Assembly: GCF_009914755.1 (NCBI RefSeq) | Contig: NC_060928.1 | Reading direction: 5' to 3' (one strand) | Origin: the human T2T-CHM13v2.0 reference genome, Homo sapiens | Length of the DNA stretch: 64,000 bases | Part shown: piece after piece, positions 15,614 through 31,641 of the stretch | How positions within the stretch are numbered: position 1 is the first letter of the stretch | Layout of the letters: every line of letters starts with the position of its first letter | Made by a program: the position numbers and the translations under genes | The notes under the pieces: generated by a model | What the model was told of the DNA's origin: nothing | The model's database searches: none | What the model saw: the letters and a program-made list of their open reading frames with translations, nothing else

Positions 15614-17835
15614 ACAATGAGATCACATGGACACAGAAAAGGGAACATCACACTCTGCGGACTGTTGTGGGGTGGGGGGAGGGGGGAGGGATAGCATTGG
15701 GAGATATACCTAATGCTAGATGACGAGTTAGTGGGTGCAGCGCACCAGCATGGCACATGTATACATATGTAACTAACCTGCACAATTTGCACATGTACCC
15801 TAAAACTTAAAGTATAATTTAAAAAAATGCACTAAAAAAAAAGAAAAAAAAGAAATAAGATGTTAATCTTACTGAAATTGCATTGCAAATGATGAATTTT
15901 TTTTAATAGCTATTTTCGAGATTTTCTCCTTACCTTTGACTTTTAGTATTTTTACTATTATGTTTCTGTTTGTGTTTTCTTTTTATTTATCATACTTGGA
16001 ATTTGTTGAGATTCCCAGATGTCTAGGTTAGTTTGTTTCAATAAATTTAGCAAATTTTCAGTCACTATTTCTTTAATATATTTTTTGTTACTTTTGCTGT
16101 CTCTTTTCCTTCTTGTATTCTATTACATATATATTTTGCACTTAATGATATTTCACATTTCTCTGAGTGAGTCTCTGTTTATTTTTCTTTATTCTTTTTT
16201 CTCTTTGTTCTCAGATTGCATAATCTCAATTAATCTATCTTCAACTTGGCCAATTTCTTCTTCTACCAGTTCAAATCTACTGTTGAGCCCCTCAAGTGAA
16301 ATTTTTATTTCATTTATTATACTTTTCAAGTATAGAATTTTCATTTGATTCTCTTTTTAATTGTTTTCTCTTTATTATCTGTTTGATATGACACTGTCAT
16401 CATTCTTTTGCCTCTTTATTCATGATTCTCTTTACTTCTTTGAACATATTTATAATGACTAATTGGAAGTTTGTGATAAATCCAATATCTAGTCCCCACT
16501 ACAGACATTTTTGTTACTTTTTTAAAAAAGAAATTCTAGAGCTTGGGACATTCATTCCTGTGTCTTTACCTTTCACACTTTTTTTTTGTATATTATAGAA
16601 CTATGAGTATTGCTCTCAATCTCCAGAACCTGTTATTGTTATTTTCATGTTTATTCATTAAATAAAAGTCTATTTATTTTCCACCCACTCTCTGAAGTGT
16701 TAACCCTCTTATGTTACCCCTTAGTCAGGCACATCTTTGAGTATACCCAGTCACCGTGGAATAATAGGGGGTTTTGGCCACGTTCTCTTTATATATTTCC
16801 CTGTTAGCCTCTAGTAATTGCTGGATACTTTTCTGCTTTCAGTCATATCCTGGGGCATAAATTGCTTGACACATTTATTTAATCAAATTTAGGCTTCTTG
16901 AGAGAATAGTTCCTAAGGTCAAAGTTTATTATTTGTTCTGACCCCAGACGTGCTCCTCCCAGTTGTCTCCTTCCTTGACTCTCCCCAAAATTATTTAGCA
17001 TACAGTTTATTCTCTATCTTCATAGAATCCATGAATTTCCTTACAATTCCCCACTTTGACAGCCTATAATATTTTTAACAGCACAAAGCTTAAACTTCTG
17101 GTGCAAATAATATCAATTCCTTTGGGAAAATATTAGGAGCTACATGTTTTACAGTTCGATTTTTCTTTCAGGCAAAATCTCTGAGCCAGAGCTCTGGACC
17201 CGGGGGTGGGGACAATGGTGCATTTCTCTCAGTGGTATTCATGCTTTAGAAGCTGATCGCTCAGTATAGAGTGGGAGATAGTAGTCTGGGGTCTTCTTGA
17301 TTTATTTCCATTGGGATGGAAACACTGCTTTGTGAGTCTGGGCAAAGAAAATGGGGATTCTCATATTCTCAACAGCTTTGTACCCAAAATAGAGCCCCTA
17401 ATTTATGAGTGGGGGTTGGGCAGAGAAGGGAATCCTCACCATTCAACTGCATTTGCCGAGAACTTAGCTTCATCAGTAGGTAGTTGGGAGAAGAATGAGA
17501 AATGTTGAGGTCATGCTCCTTCTGGGAGATAATCCTCTCACTGGAATCTTGAGGAAGAGGAAACCCTGTGTTCTTGCTTGTACCAGTCTAGAATGGAGTT
17601 TCCATGTCAGTGACATGGGATGGGGAAAGAAGGGAACAGTCCTCCTTCAAATACCACACACTCTCACTTTTATTACTACATATTTTTGTGTATTTTCTTG
17701 AGTAGATGTTTGTTTGCTGTGTGCCTTTATGACCATTCCCATAGGCTTTAAATCATTGGGTTTTTAAAAATGAATTTCTACTGGTTTTACTGGGGTGTGG
17801 CCTGTAGAGCTCTTTGTGCTGTTAATCAAGAAGTT

Positions 17836-18400
17836 GATTTCCTGCTCAATTATTTTTCACCAAATATTTTTAGCATCCGTTAAGAAGACTAGCCTGTATT
17901 ATTCTTTTATTCTATTTATGGCTAAAAATAGTCATTTTCTAATGCGATCAATTTTGCTTCATTTACTAATTGACATTCTTTAGTAAAAACAGAACTTTTA
18001 ACCTCAGTTTTATGTTTGTTTGTGTGTTTGATTATCACTATGGGCTCATAAGCTACTATTTTATTAGTCAATGTATTACAATCTATTATTGCCATTTTTT
18101 TTTGTAATCAACTTGTCTCAGATCGTAGATTGGTAAATGAAAGCCTCTCCAAGTTCATAACTCCTTCTTTTTGAAATGTTCTCTTTAGTGTTTGATATAT
18201 ATTCTTGCTTTCTGGCAAGATGCTTCATTTTGTTTTGTATTTTTTTTTTTTTTTTTTTTTTGTATTTTCAATGCTGCTTACCTGAAATCAGCCATTTTTT
18301 TTTTCCATTGAGCTTTTGGTTCTTTTAATGAAATATGGCATTTAGAAACCACAGTCTGGATGCTAGATATGCCTGTTGCCACTGAATGATTATTGCGATA
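17836..18400 (-). mobile_element. Ancient L1MC-type 3' region, right part
   Basis: ttttcaccaaatatttttagcatcc...cctgaaatcagccatttt...ggcatttagaaaccacagtctgg continues the element broken at about 6685. Confidence 0.5.
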
Positions 18401-18404
18401 AGGC

Positions 18405-18815
18405 TGCATTATTGAGTCCAATGAGAAGGATGCCCCAGGGTGGGATTTGCCAAAACATAAAAGATAAATTTTAGAGTAAGCATCTGTGAGGGAAAATGGG
18501 GAGAGAGCAGGGAGAGATAGCAGATCGCAATGCAGGTCTAGTATTTTAGGATGGAGAAAAAAAATTAAAAAGTAGGGTGAAAGGGAGTTGTAGAGTCCAA
18601 TGCAGTTCTAAAAGTGTTTTGTGAAGGGCTGATGTAAAATTTTTGAGCAAATTAATTCATCAGAGGAGTCTCATCTCATATAATCCAGGAATAATCTGTC
18701 TTTCATTTATTTTCCTGGGCAGCATATCTATAGAACAAACTTGGCAAATACAGCAGTTGAGGAAATTACGTTCTCTGTAGCTGGAGATCCATGTGACATA
18801 TTTTACTGTTTACCA
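18405..18815. mobile_element. Possible ancient LTR fragment (LTR33/LTR16-like)
   Basis: Purine-rich degenerate motifs (catctgtgagggaaaatggggagagagcaggg...gcaatgcaggtct); weak. Confidence 0.3.
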
Positions 18816-19182
18816 TATAGGTCTTAAATAAACCCATAAATTATAAATTCCTCTTTAGTAGAATCTTGTTACTTGAAGCCAAATATACTCATAATGGCTA
18901 TATTACTCTAAAGTGATTAATGTCATTTTAAAGATTCACTTACAACAAATAAGTGTTCTTGTTTTTCCAATCCCTGTCAATTGGGAATGATCAGAATTGT
19001 TAAGTCAAGTGAAACTCAGGAGTATATGATTACCCCATTTTTAAGTTTATTTTTTAATTTTTTTTTTCAGAAAAATTTTAGATTTAAAGAAAACTTAAAA
19101 GATACTACAGGGAATTCTTGTATACCTTTTACCCAGTATATTCAGCAGGCTTCTGTAGAGGAATAGAAGCAGTAAGGGGTAT

Positions 19183-19185
19183 GTG

Positions 19186-19216
<31 letters not shown>

Positions 19217-19260
19217 ATAACGACATATATACATATATCTATGTACATACACACAAAATT
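19183..19260. repeat. (GT)n and TA-rich repeat after short L1M and MLT2-like fragments
   Basis: Read directly; 19040-19136 resembles an L1M 3' end and 19137-19185 an MLT2 terminus. Confidence 0.7.
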
Positions 19261-20080
19261 CAATATATTTCTTTGTATTTATTTATATAATAAAGTAATT
19301 CATGCCCTTTTATTTCTTCAAATCCACCTTATAATTTCTAAATTATTTTGGTACTTCCTTTTTAATAAAAATGCCACAGTGTGATCTGATGTATGAGTGT
19401 AGTTTGAAATTATATATTAACTATAGTGATGATTATTATTAGTCATATGACCTCATTATACAGCTGTAGTGCCTAAATATATCTTGTTATAGATGTGTTG
19501 TAATGATAATTATACTGTTTTTAATATAGCACTGTAAAAGTCACCTTTATCTTTTTAGCACTGATTGAAAGTTAGGCAGCAGCTTTCAGAGTTAAAAGAT
19601 CTACTACATTTCTATGAAATTAAGTTTTTACCTTAGGAAAAAAGACATTAAATGTCATCCAAACAGAAGAAGATGGGCTTTTTTGGCATACTTTAAATGT
19701 GAAAACATAGTTTATCTAAATCTCATGCATCTGATAAAGATTCTTATCAAAACATTGATAGCTTATTGTATTATTTCTATCAAGTCTTGAAGAAAAAGAG
19801 AAAAATAATTGGTAATATTGTAACAATACTTGTTGAGAAATATTTGTCAGCAGCATGGAATATGAACTGAAGTATTACATTGTCTTTTTCCCGGGATTGA
19901 TACAGTCAGAACCATGATAATGCTGAGAAGCTACTAGGACCAGAGGACACACTTGTATCGAAATTGAAAGCATAGTGGTGTTATTTCCCTCTGAAGGATA
20001 TAATATATCCTTTGATATACATACACATATACGTATACCTCTTTTTCTACCTAGTCTCCACTATGTCTTTAAATTATATA

Positions 20081-20326
20081 TATGTATATGCAATATACAT
20101 ACATATATGTATATGCAATATACATACATATATGTATATGCAATATACATACATATATGTATATGCAATATACATACATATATGTATATGCAATATACAT
20201 ACATATATGTATATGCAATATACATACATATATGTATATGCAATATACATACATATATGTATATGCAATATACATACATATATGTATATGCAACATACAT
20301 ACATATATGTATATGCAACATACATA
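20081..20326. repeat. 25-bp minisatellite TATGTATATGCAATATACATACATA, about 10 copies
   Basis: Units start at 20081, 20106, 20131 ... 20281, 20306; the first 8 are identical and the last two carry CAAC instead of CAAT. Confidence 0.95.
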
Positions 20327-20800
20327 TATGTATGCATTATATACATACATGTATAAATAACATATATGTATATAGCATACATGTATAAATAACATATATG
20401 TATATATAACATATGTGTATAAATAACATATGTATATATAACATATATGTATAAATAACATATATGTATATATAACATGTATAAATAACATATGTATATA
20501 TAACATATATGTATATATTGCATATTATATAGCTATTAATATGTGTATATATCTGTGTTTGTATAGATTATATATTACCTATATACATATATGTATATGT
20601 ATACATGTATATACATGTATATATAACTATATATTATATATAAACACATGTATACACATCTATTAACTAGAAATATAACTATGGAATATATAACAATATA
20701 TTATATGTAAGTATATATTATATGTGACTATGTGTTATATATATCTATATATTATATAACTGTATATATAAGACAATATAGCTGTAAATAATATAATCGA
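20327..20800. repeat. Degenerate TA-rich tandem repeat (ATGTATAAATAACAT-like units)
   Basis: Read directly; source of the Y/I/C/H-rich spurious ORFs. Confidence 0.9.
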
Positions 20801-21362
20801 TATCTTCTTTCCTTTTTATTGTTGTCTTTCATTCATAAGTGTCTCTCTTTTGTGATTTGTGCACTCTGATTGCAACCTTCTTTTCATACCACATTTGTTA
20901 TTTACTCTTAAAAAATTTTTTTTATTCATATTCTGTCCTCTGCCACCATTTAATATGTCATCTTTCCACCCCATAATTCTAAGACAATAGTGTTTACTAT
21001 TAGCAATAGATGTGAAAATTAGAGTAGCTTTATGGGACCCAATGTTTTATTAATAAATTAGAGAATTGAAATGTGTATTATTTCATGTACGATTCCTTTC
21101 CTCAAATATAGCAATGGCTTCTTATTTGTGTTATTATCATAGTGACATAGCTATTGAAGATGCTGCTATTATAATGAGAAAGTCTCCTTTTCATTGTCTG
21201 ACTTTGAAACAGTGAACAATGTCTCCTAGAATGGCACCTTTCAAAACTTTATTGATCAATCTCTACAATATTACCCTGCAATGTAAGGCCTGTTACTTCC
21301 GTTTGGGTTAATTTCCTAAGGTTAAATTTGTTAAGAGGCAAAAAAATTTGCCTCTAAGCAAC

Positions 21363-23962
<2,600 letters not shown>

Positions 23963-24152
23963 GAATCATATATATATATATCCAGATATATTCTAACTAT
24001 TGAGGCAGTCAAGAGAAGTCAAGAGAAACTCTACCTTAAAATACGTTTTTATTGATTTCCATTTTTTCAATAAGAGATACACTACACAACATATCACTTT
24101 CATTTGAGACATACTCCAGGGATAAAGAGCCCCATACTCTTAACCTTAAGAA

Positions 24153-24503
24153 TGATATGGTTTGGCTGTGTCCCCACTCAAATCTCGACATGTACTGTAT
24201 CTCCCAGAATTCCCACCTGTTCTGGGAGGGTCCCAGGGGGAGGTAATTGAATCATGGGGGCTGGTCTTTCCCATGTTATTCTCGTGATAGTAAGTCTCAG
24301 GAGATCTGATGGGTTCATCAGGACTTTCTGGTCTTGCTTCTTTGTCATTTTCTCTTGCAGCCATGAGGTAAGAAGTGACTTTTGCCTCCCACCATGATTC
24401 TGAGGCCTCCCCAGCCACGTGGAACTGTAAGTCTAAATTAAACCTCTTTTTCTTCCCAGTCTCAGGCACATCTTTATCTGCAGCATGAAAATGAGCTAAT
24501 ACA
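24153..24503 (+). mobile_element. THE1A LTR, inverted copy of the LTR at 21363-21713
   Basis: tgatatggtttggctgtg...taataca, 351 bp, colinear without indels to the reverse complement of 21363-21713; no TSD of its own (AAGAA vs GTTTC). Confidence 0.92.
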
Positions 24504-24765
24504 GTTTCTTAGAGGCAAATTTTTTTTGGCTTGATAATGTCCTAACCCATAGTGTAACTTTACTATCAGAATGAGCTGGTTCAAAGCTTTTCAAATTCTT
24601 TACACCTAAGACTCCTCTTTAATATCAGAAAGTAACTTTTATGACTTAATATGTAAGAGCAATTGTTCTTTCATATCCATGAAATGAGACATTATAAAAT
24701 GACAAAATGTTATGGCTATAGAAATACTATATTGCTGGCATATATAGTATTTCTATATGGCCCCC

Positions 24766-25185
24766 TGTCCTAAGGTGAACAAGTCTAAACCCATCCCCAA
24801 AAGTCCAAGGAAGCTGACAGGATGAAGAAAGAGGCTGACAAATCCAGTTTCTTAGAAAGAAACATTTAGTAGAAACTTATAAGGAGAAGCCATGTTTGTG
24901 TCTCACACAATGGCAAGAAGAGATGGTGGATCCCTATACCATTACCCCCCAGACCAAGGACTTTTATACCACAGGGAAGTGTGATGCAGAAAGGATATGA
25001 AGGACAACAAAAGTAATATAATATCAAGGTCGTTTGATATAAAGGCAGGATTTACCGTAAGTAACTTGCTCTTACATTAGAAACAACAGATAGACTGGAA
25101 ATCTTAGAGGCCTTTCCAGACTGGTGTTCATCAGAAGTCAACATAGTGTATTAACATCCAAGATTGAGTTGCTTTGGCCTCCACA
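24766..25185 (-). mobile_element. ERV1 MER4-group solo LTR (MER93/MER49-like)
   Basis: Reverse strand begins tgtggaggccaaagcaactcaatcttggatgttaat...gttgacttctgat; about 420 bp. Confidence 0.6.
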
Positions 25186-28100
25186 GCACGTAAACATCGT
25201 TTAAAATTATACTTCATATATGTGTAAGAAATACTTCTATTCTACAGGCAATGGTACACTATACTAATCTGTAAAATTCCCTTCAATAATGCCACAACCT
25301 TCCAGGAATCTGAAATACAGAGATTGCTGATGGAAAAATGGCTACAGCTAGGAGTTATTATCAAACAATGAATAATTCTGTGCCATGTTTTCCTCCTCTG
25401 TACAGTGGAGAAGCTTGGATCTATCCTATGAATTTCACAGACTAATGTAAAGATTACACAAAGTAATACCTATGAAATATCTTAGAAAATGAAAAAGTTC
25501 CATGAAAAAGTAAGTGAACTTATTTATATTCTATGAATTCACCTTATAAAAATGTTACACATAGTGTTGTTTGAACTGTTTAACGTTCATGATAAGAAAT
25601 AAATTGTTCAGTAGCCAATATGTAGGTGCAGGATTGTTCTCTTAGTACTCAGTATCAGTAAAGGCCTACTCAATATCTTGTTTTCTACTATTAAGGCTGA
25701 GCCAGATGTAAATATCCTTCCAGAAGTCAATGGGAGTTCTGAATGCAAGCCAGAGGAAGAAAAGAAAAGTGAAACAAAATGAGAAATTGGCTTGAAGTCA
25801 GCTGTTTAAAAAATGGAAGTAAAACTCTTACATGTTACACTAATGGTAGATAATTATATATTATACTTTAGATGGTTTTCAAAGTGCTTTATTTATTCAT
25901 TTCTTACTGTACTTTATAACCTTTGAATGAGATTATCGAAGGACTTATCTTTTGAATTCAACTTACCTTAGTGTGAATGACACAGGTACCACTGAAATAA
26001 TTAATCTACTGCTTTGTGGAACTTACATGGGAGGGAGAAAGAGTACTAATAAAAGGCATACATGATCTACATTTTGATTTATTAAATTGTTTCAAAATAT
26101 TTTTTCTGATATATATTAGGGTAAAAATTATCTTTATTACCATCAAAAATTCCCTTTCCCAATTTTTGCTTCTGAATTCTTGAACTCCTCACATAAGGTT
26201 AAAAAGAGGAGACCTAAATTATGTAGTATCAAGTTTAATTTCAACAACATATTTAGTGTTTGACATTATAAGGTGGAACTAATATGGGAAGGAAGACTGA
26301 TTCAATTTTCACCTTACTAGTATCACAGAACTATTTAAAACAACTTCACACTTGTTATGCCTACTTTTCAAGAGGGCCTCATATTCAAAACTGTCTTTTC
26401 AATGTATATTTTCCTTTCCAATTTATCATTGTCCATGAGCTGCAAGGAGTAAAACACTGTGAGTCTGTCTGATCTCTGGATTGCAGGAGCATGTAAGACA
26501 TCACTAGTCTTCCTGGCTAGCACTCAGAAAAAATGGTACAGAAAAAGCTAAAGAAACATGACGCCCTCTGTGAGAAAAATTCAGATCAAGAAAGGCTAAT
26601 CACATGGAAAATCAAATAGAAGATATAATGGAAATGTTTGTGTATTATAGGAAAGGGAAGGAAAAGAAACAATCTTAAAAGCTATTTTTTAAAAACAATG
26701 CAAGATATAAAATATTACCCTCTTCATTTCTTAGTGGATGGAAGATGCAGATAAGATACTTAAAAGAGAGATCCAGGGCAAGAACCGTGAAAGCTTTAGT
26801 ATGAATGATTCAATCTTGATTTTTCAGTTAGTTACCAGTAATGTAAGATAAAGTTTAAATTCGATATTCACTGTTATTCAAATAAGTGAAATATAACTGA
26901 AAAAAGATAATTCTCAGGTTTTACGTTTATATTTCTCTTATAAAGCTAACATATGTTCTAAACTGAAAATTTGAAAAAAATGAATAAAATTTATAAAGAA
27001 AATATTTATCCATAGTAACCATACCCAGAGAGAATTATAGTTAACATTTTACTTTTTCCTTCTGTAATTTTTAAGCATATTTTTATACAGTTGAATGTGC
27101 ACTATATGTATACATTTCTATCCTGTTCCTAGCACTTAATACATTTTTATGGGTTTTAATACAATTGTATAATCTTTGATACATTTTTATTGGTACCAGG
27201 TGTCTATAACACAAAAGAACCCATGTTTATGGAATGTTTCTAATTTGTAAAAGTTTATTTAGCCTTTGATTTTATTTTATGTCAACAACTACCCCTTGAA
27301 ATATATACTTCAGGAATTGTTATTCTCTTTACTTTTCAGAACTGATACCTAGGGAATCTGAATACTGTGATGGTTGGATCGAGGCCTCCTAAATCTTTGC
27401 TGCATGTTTTTTTTTTTTTCAGTATTATTGATGCTTCACTGGTACTTTAATTATTAAAGGTCTCTGAATGGGATTCAGATAGAACATGCCTCATATCAAA
27501 TGCCAGGGCTCAAATATGGATTCATAGTTTTGAATAGAAACAACACAATGAGAAATGAAACGATTTTGGCTTACCATAGAATTTCCCAAGTCTATGAATT
27601 CTGAGTATATTTTGGTCTGTTTTAAAACACCGATCAAATACTAATAAAATGTTTTGAACAACAGCAGCCAAAAAAGTTATTGACAGTTTTCCAGTGTTGA
27701 CATACTTCCAAGTAATTTACTCTCCTTGGCAGAACATAGAAGGCAGTTCTACTCTTTGGTGTCTAGCTAATGTTTTAAACATACATCTCAACCTTTTTCT
27801 TAACCCAAATAAAAATGGAAATAACTGCAATTTTGAAAAAGGGACAAAGTGCGGAACAGCTAATTAAACTTTCGACAGAAAGCTTATAAAACTGTTATTT
27901 CAAGGAGAATAAGCAGGTTATCCACATTTAGCACACATTTTTATATCAAAAGAAAACTCCTTAAAGGAAAATACCATCTGTCATGATGCCACAAATGCAG
28001 CCAATATGATCTTCAAGAGTTGAAAATAACTAGGTCTTATGCGATACAGTTTTTGTGTTATTTTTAAGTAATTAGTTTAAAAAATAATTGCAATGTGCTA

Positions 28101-28394
28101 AAATTATCTGTAATCATGACTTAAAAAATAACTTGGTGATTTGATAGCTAAGACAATTAAGAAGTTAAATTTATTGCTACATCGTTCTTCTCTATGATTG
28201 TATATCCTGCTTGCACTAGATCATAAAAACATGAGTCTTAGGAAAGACTTGCACTAAAAACTGAGAACGATTGTTGGACAACAAAGGGAGCTAACTAGCT
28301 AACAAACTAACAAAGTGGGCTCTGGGGGTGGAAACACACAATTTTCAACATTTTGTAAATTACACAGAATTATATCTTTTTCTGAGAGAAATTT

Positions 28395-28470
28395 CAGTAT
28401 CTAATACATGTCTGACATATAGTAGACTCTCAATAAATATTGATTGGTTGAGTGAATGAATGCATGAGTT
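28395..28470 (+). mobile_element. L2 3' terminal fragment
   Basis: tgtctgacatatagtagactctcaataaatatt...gaatgaatg. Confidence 0.55.
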
Positions 28471-29769
28471 GATGCATCAATTCTACATTCCAAAAATATC
28501 TGGAACTCTGAACTGTTAGTGTTTGCTCCACTTTTTGATATTTGTCAGGCATTTCTTTCGTTTGATATTCAGAGAAGCGGCATTAATATTAGATAATAAC
28601 CTAAATCAAGAAAATCAATCTAAATAAACCAGGAGAAACTCTTTTGGTAAGGAAACGGAAGTGGTAGTTGGAGTATGGAAGGGGATGAAGTAATAAATAT
28701 AGTCGCAGTAGGTGAATGATTACTGTGAAAACATGTAGAGACAAATTGCTAACTGACTCTATTGCCAAAGTTTATATTGCTCTATTTTTCAAAGTAGTGT
28801 GGTTTACCCAAACTTATCCATTTGCTAAGACTCTAGACAATTTACAGTACATGTTTTCCTTAAAAAGTCTAAAAACTATGCTATCATTTTTATAGTAGGC
28901 ATCTGTAGGTTCAAACCAAATTTATGAGATATTAAATGCCAGTGATTTCTTTCAAGATTCTGCTAAAAAATATGGATACAGGGAGTAGTGTGTAGAAAAA
29001 AAAATATTGCTCATTCCTCACATCCCCATTGATTCTGTGGTTCTTGTTGGTGATGACACCATTACTGTTCCAAAGAAGCAAGAAACAAATACTGGGAATA
29101 AAAGTAAGAATTCAACCCTCCTCTCCATAATACACTTTAAAGCAGCATTCTTTGAAGAAAACTTTTATACATAAATGCCAACACCTTTTTTTAAACCCTG
29201 CCAAGCTTGCTAGCTTTTCTAGTAATAGATGTTTACAAGAACGGTTATATATTTAGCAGTTTATGGAGTCATAACAAGTCAAGGGAGCTTATCACAATGA
29301 GGACTGAAGATAAATGACAATAATGTGGTACTCATTATATTTAGTGAAAGTGTGATCTGCTTTATTGAACTATAGCACCTAGTAGATAGTTCTGTTTCTC
29401 TGTCTGATACAGATGTAGATGTCCTTTATATTCTTCAAAGTTTCTGTATTTATTGTGTGCCATGTATCATAATTAGTTTCGTAAAATTTCAGGTAATTCT
29501 TAGCTATGATTTTTAGATAATCCATGAATAACCAATTGCTACAGTTAATGCTGTAAAGAGCTAAAACTTAATTTAATTATCATATATTCAAAATAAAATG
29601 AGAGATGTGAGTTTATGGAGATGAGTGGACAGCTGGGTAGAAGAAAATGAAATAATTTTGCTTTAATGATGAAGTCCTGAACTATCCCAAATGCTAAAAG
29701 TCACTGCTTTCATTTTCTATTCTGGGCACTTTGCTGTATCCATGACATTGGGAATTAATTCAAGGGAGA

Positions 29770-30018
29770 CATAGGGCTTTCAAGAGAACCACAGAGTGTG
29801 TGTTCAAACTCTTGCTCCACCCCACTAACTAATTGTGAAATCTTGGGCAAGTAACTTCTCTAATCTGTGCCCCAGTTGCACATGTATAAAATGAGAGAAA
29901 TTGTGCTACCTCTTTAAGGTTTTATGAATATTAAATCAGGCAATTTATATAATGGAGTTGATACAATATCTGGTCCAGAGTATAAAATGAATTAATATAT
30001 AATAATAGCCATTATTGT
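29770..30018 (+). mobile_element. MIR SINE
   Basis: gttcaaactcttgctccac...tcttgggcaagtaactt...ccccagtt...tgtataaaatgag core. Confidence 0.7.
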
Positions 30019-30709
30019 TGAAAGGGAAGAAAATAACAATTAGAAAATTTTCTGAAGTACATTTCTTAAAGAATATTTGATGCAGAACAACAAGGATGTC
30101 CTATATGAATACCAGGGCTCTAATGGTTATATATCTGCAAGCCCAATAATATATAGTGCAAAGTAAAAGCCATAACCAATGTCAAAAAATGAATCATTGA
30201 TTATTTTATCTTTCTACTCAAGAAACTTGAATCAAAGCCCGCATCTCTGTATTTTATATGAGTATGTCTGGATGCTAGCTCCATTAATGGTTCCAGAGTA
30301 TTCACAAGTAGCCTAATATGATTCTAAAAGACACATTATTTTGGCTCATAGCAGAATTTGGGAGAGTATTACAGCCAGGGAAATCAATAATATTTTAGCT
30401 TTTGCATTATTGTCCTTTGCCTACAAAGAAATTGTTAACTATAATAATCATTATTTCATTGTAATTTTATAGGTAAACAAAAGTTTCCACCCTTTCTAAA
30501 GCTCTGGAATTTTTCTAGACATTTGGACAATATCCTTCCTCAAGGAAATTGGAATAAAATGAGGGAATTTGACCGATAAACACATTATTAATAAACATCA
30601 TGAAATGTGAATTCATCTTATCTTTAGGCAATCTAAGAAGCAGGTTTATTGTAAAACTCTTAGTATTTTATTGAAAAACATGTGGGGTGCCTTGGAGAAA
30701 AGGATGTTA

Positions 30710-31057
30710 TTTTCTTTTTCTTTTCTATTCTTTCTTCTTCTTCTTCTTCTTCTTCTTTTTTTTTTTTTTTTTAGAGGTACTCTTGCTCTGTTGCCCAGGC
30801 TGGAGTATAGTGATAAAATCTTGGCTCACTGTAGTCTCTGCCTACTGGGTTCAAGCGATTCTCCTGCCTCAGCCCTCTGAGTAGTTGAGACTACAGGAAG
30901 GTGCCACCACACCAGGCTAATCTTTGTATCTACTAATAGTAGAGATGGGGTTTCACCATGTTAGCCGGACTGGTCTCAAACTCCTGACCTCAAGTGATCC
31001 ACCAGCCTTGGCCTCCCAAAGGGCTAGGATTACAGGCATGGGCCACCATGCATGGCC
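30710..31057 (-). mobile_element. AluS (Sx/Sz-like) SINE with a (TTC)n/T tail
   Basis: Dimeric Alu with ctcctgacctcaagtgatcc; ends catggcc. Confidence 0.9.
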
Positions 31058-31325
31058 GGGTTGTTAGTATATCTATCAAAATGAATGCCTGGTCAAATGT
31101 AAATTTGGCAAAGAGTGAGTATCTTCTATGTTGAAAACACTACGTTATACAATCATCATTTTTATTAAGAATTTCAGAGTCTGTTAAAGAATAGATAAAA
31201 TACTTGCTTTTGTCATAAAGCACATTTCATGTGCAGTGATAAAAATTAATGTTCTATAGGAGTAGGTAGAAGATGGAGATTTCTTTTCTTAGTGATAGAT
31301 TGTGTCTTAGAATATTAAAATTATT

Positions 31326-31620
31326 GGCCGGGCGTGGTGGCTCACGCCTGTAATCCCAGCACTTTGGGAGGCCGAGGCAGGTGGATCACGAGGTCAGGAG
31401 ATCGAGACCATCCTGGCTAATGTGGTGAAACCCCGTCTCTACTAAAAATACAAAAAAAAAATTAGCCAGGCCTGGTGGTTGGCACCTATTGTCCCAGCTA
31501 CTACGGAGGAAGGAGAATGGCATGAACCCGGGAGGCAGAGCTTGCAGTGAGCCGAGATTGTGCCAATGCACTCCAGCCTGGGCGACAGAGCAAGACTCCG
31601 TCTCAAAAAAAAAAAAAAAA
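31326..31620 (+). mobile_element. AluY SINE
   Basis: gatcacgaggtcaggagatcgagaccatcctggctaa; TSD agaata(t/g)taaaattatt at 31309-31325 and about 31620-31636. Confidence 0.93.
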
Positions 31621-31641
31621 GAATAGTAAAATTATTAACTA

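Noticed and set aside
15668-15690. G-quadruplex-forming G-rich tract
   Set aside because: A standard part of the L1PA 3'UTR.
19975-20523. Six overlapping Y/I/C/H/M-rich ORFs, and a CRISPR-like look to the repeat
   Set aside because: They are translations of a stop-free 25-bp TA-rich minisatellite; there are no unique spacers or cas genes and the context is eukaryotic.
27320-27445. Splice-acceptor-like tracts (…acttttcag, T-run+cag); similar ones near 45504, 61580 and 63563
   Set aside because: There is no convincing paired donor or coding frame, and such tracts are common in AT-rich DNA.
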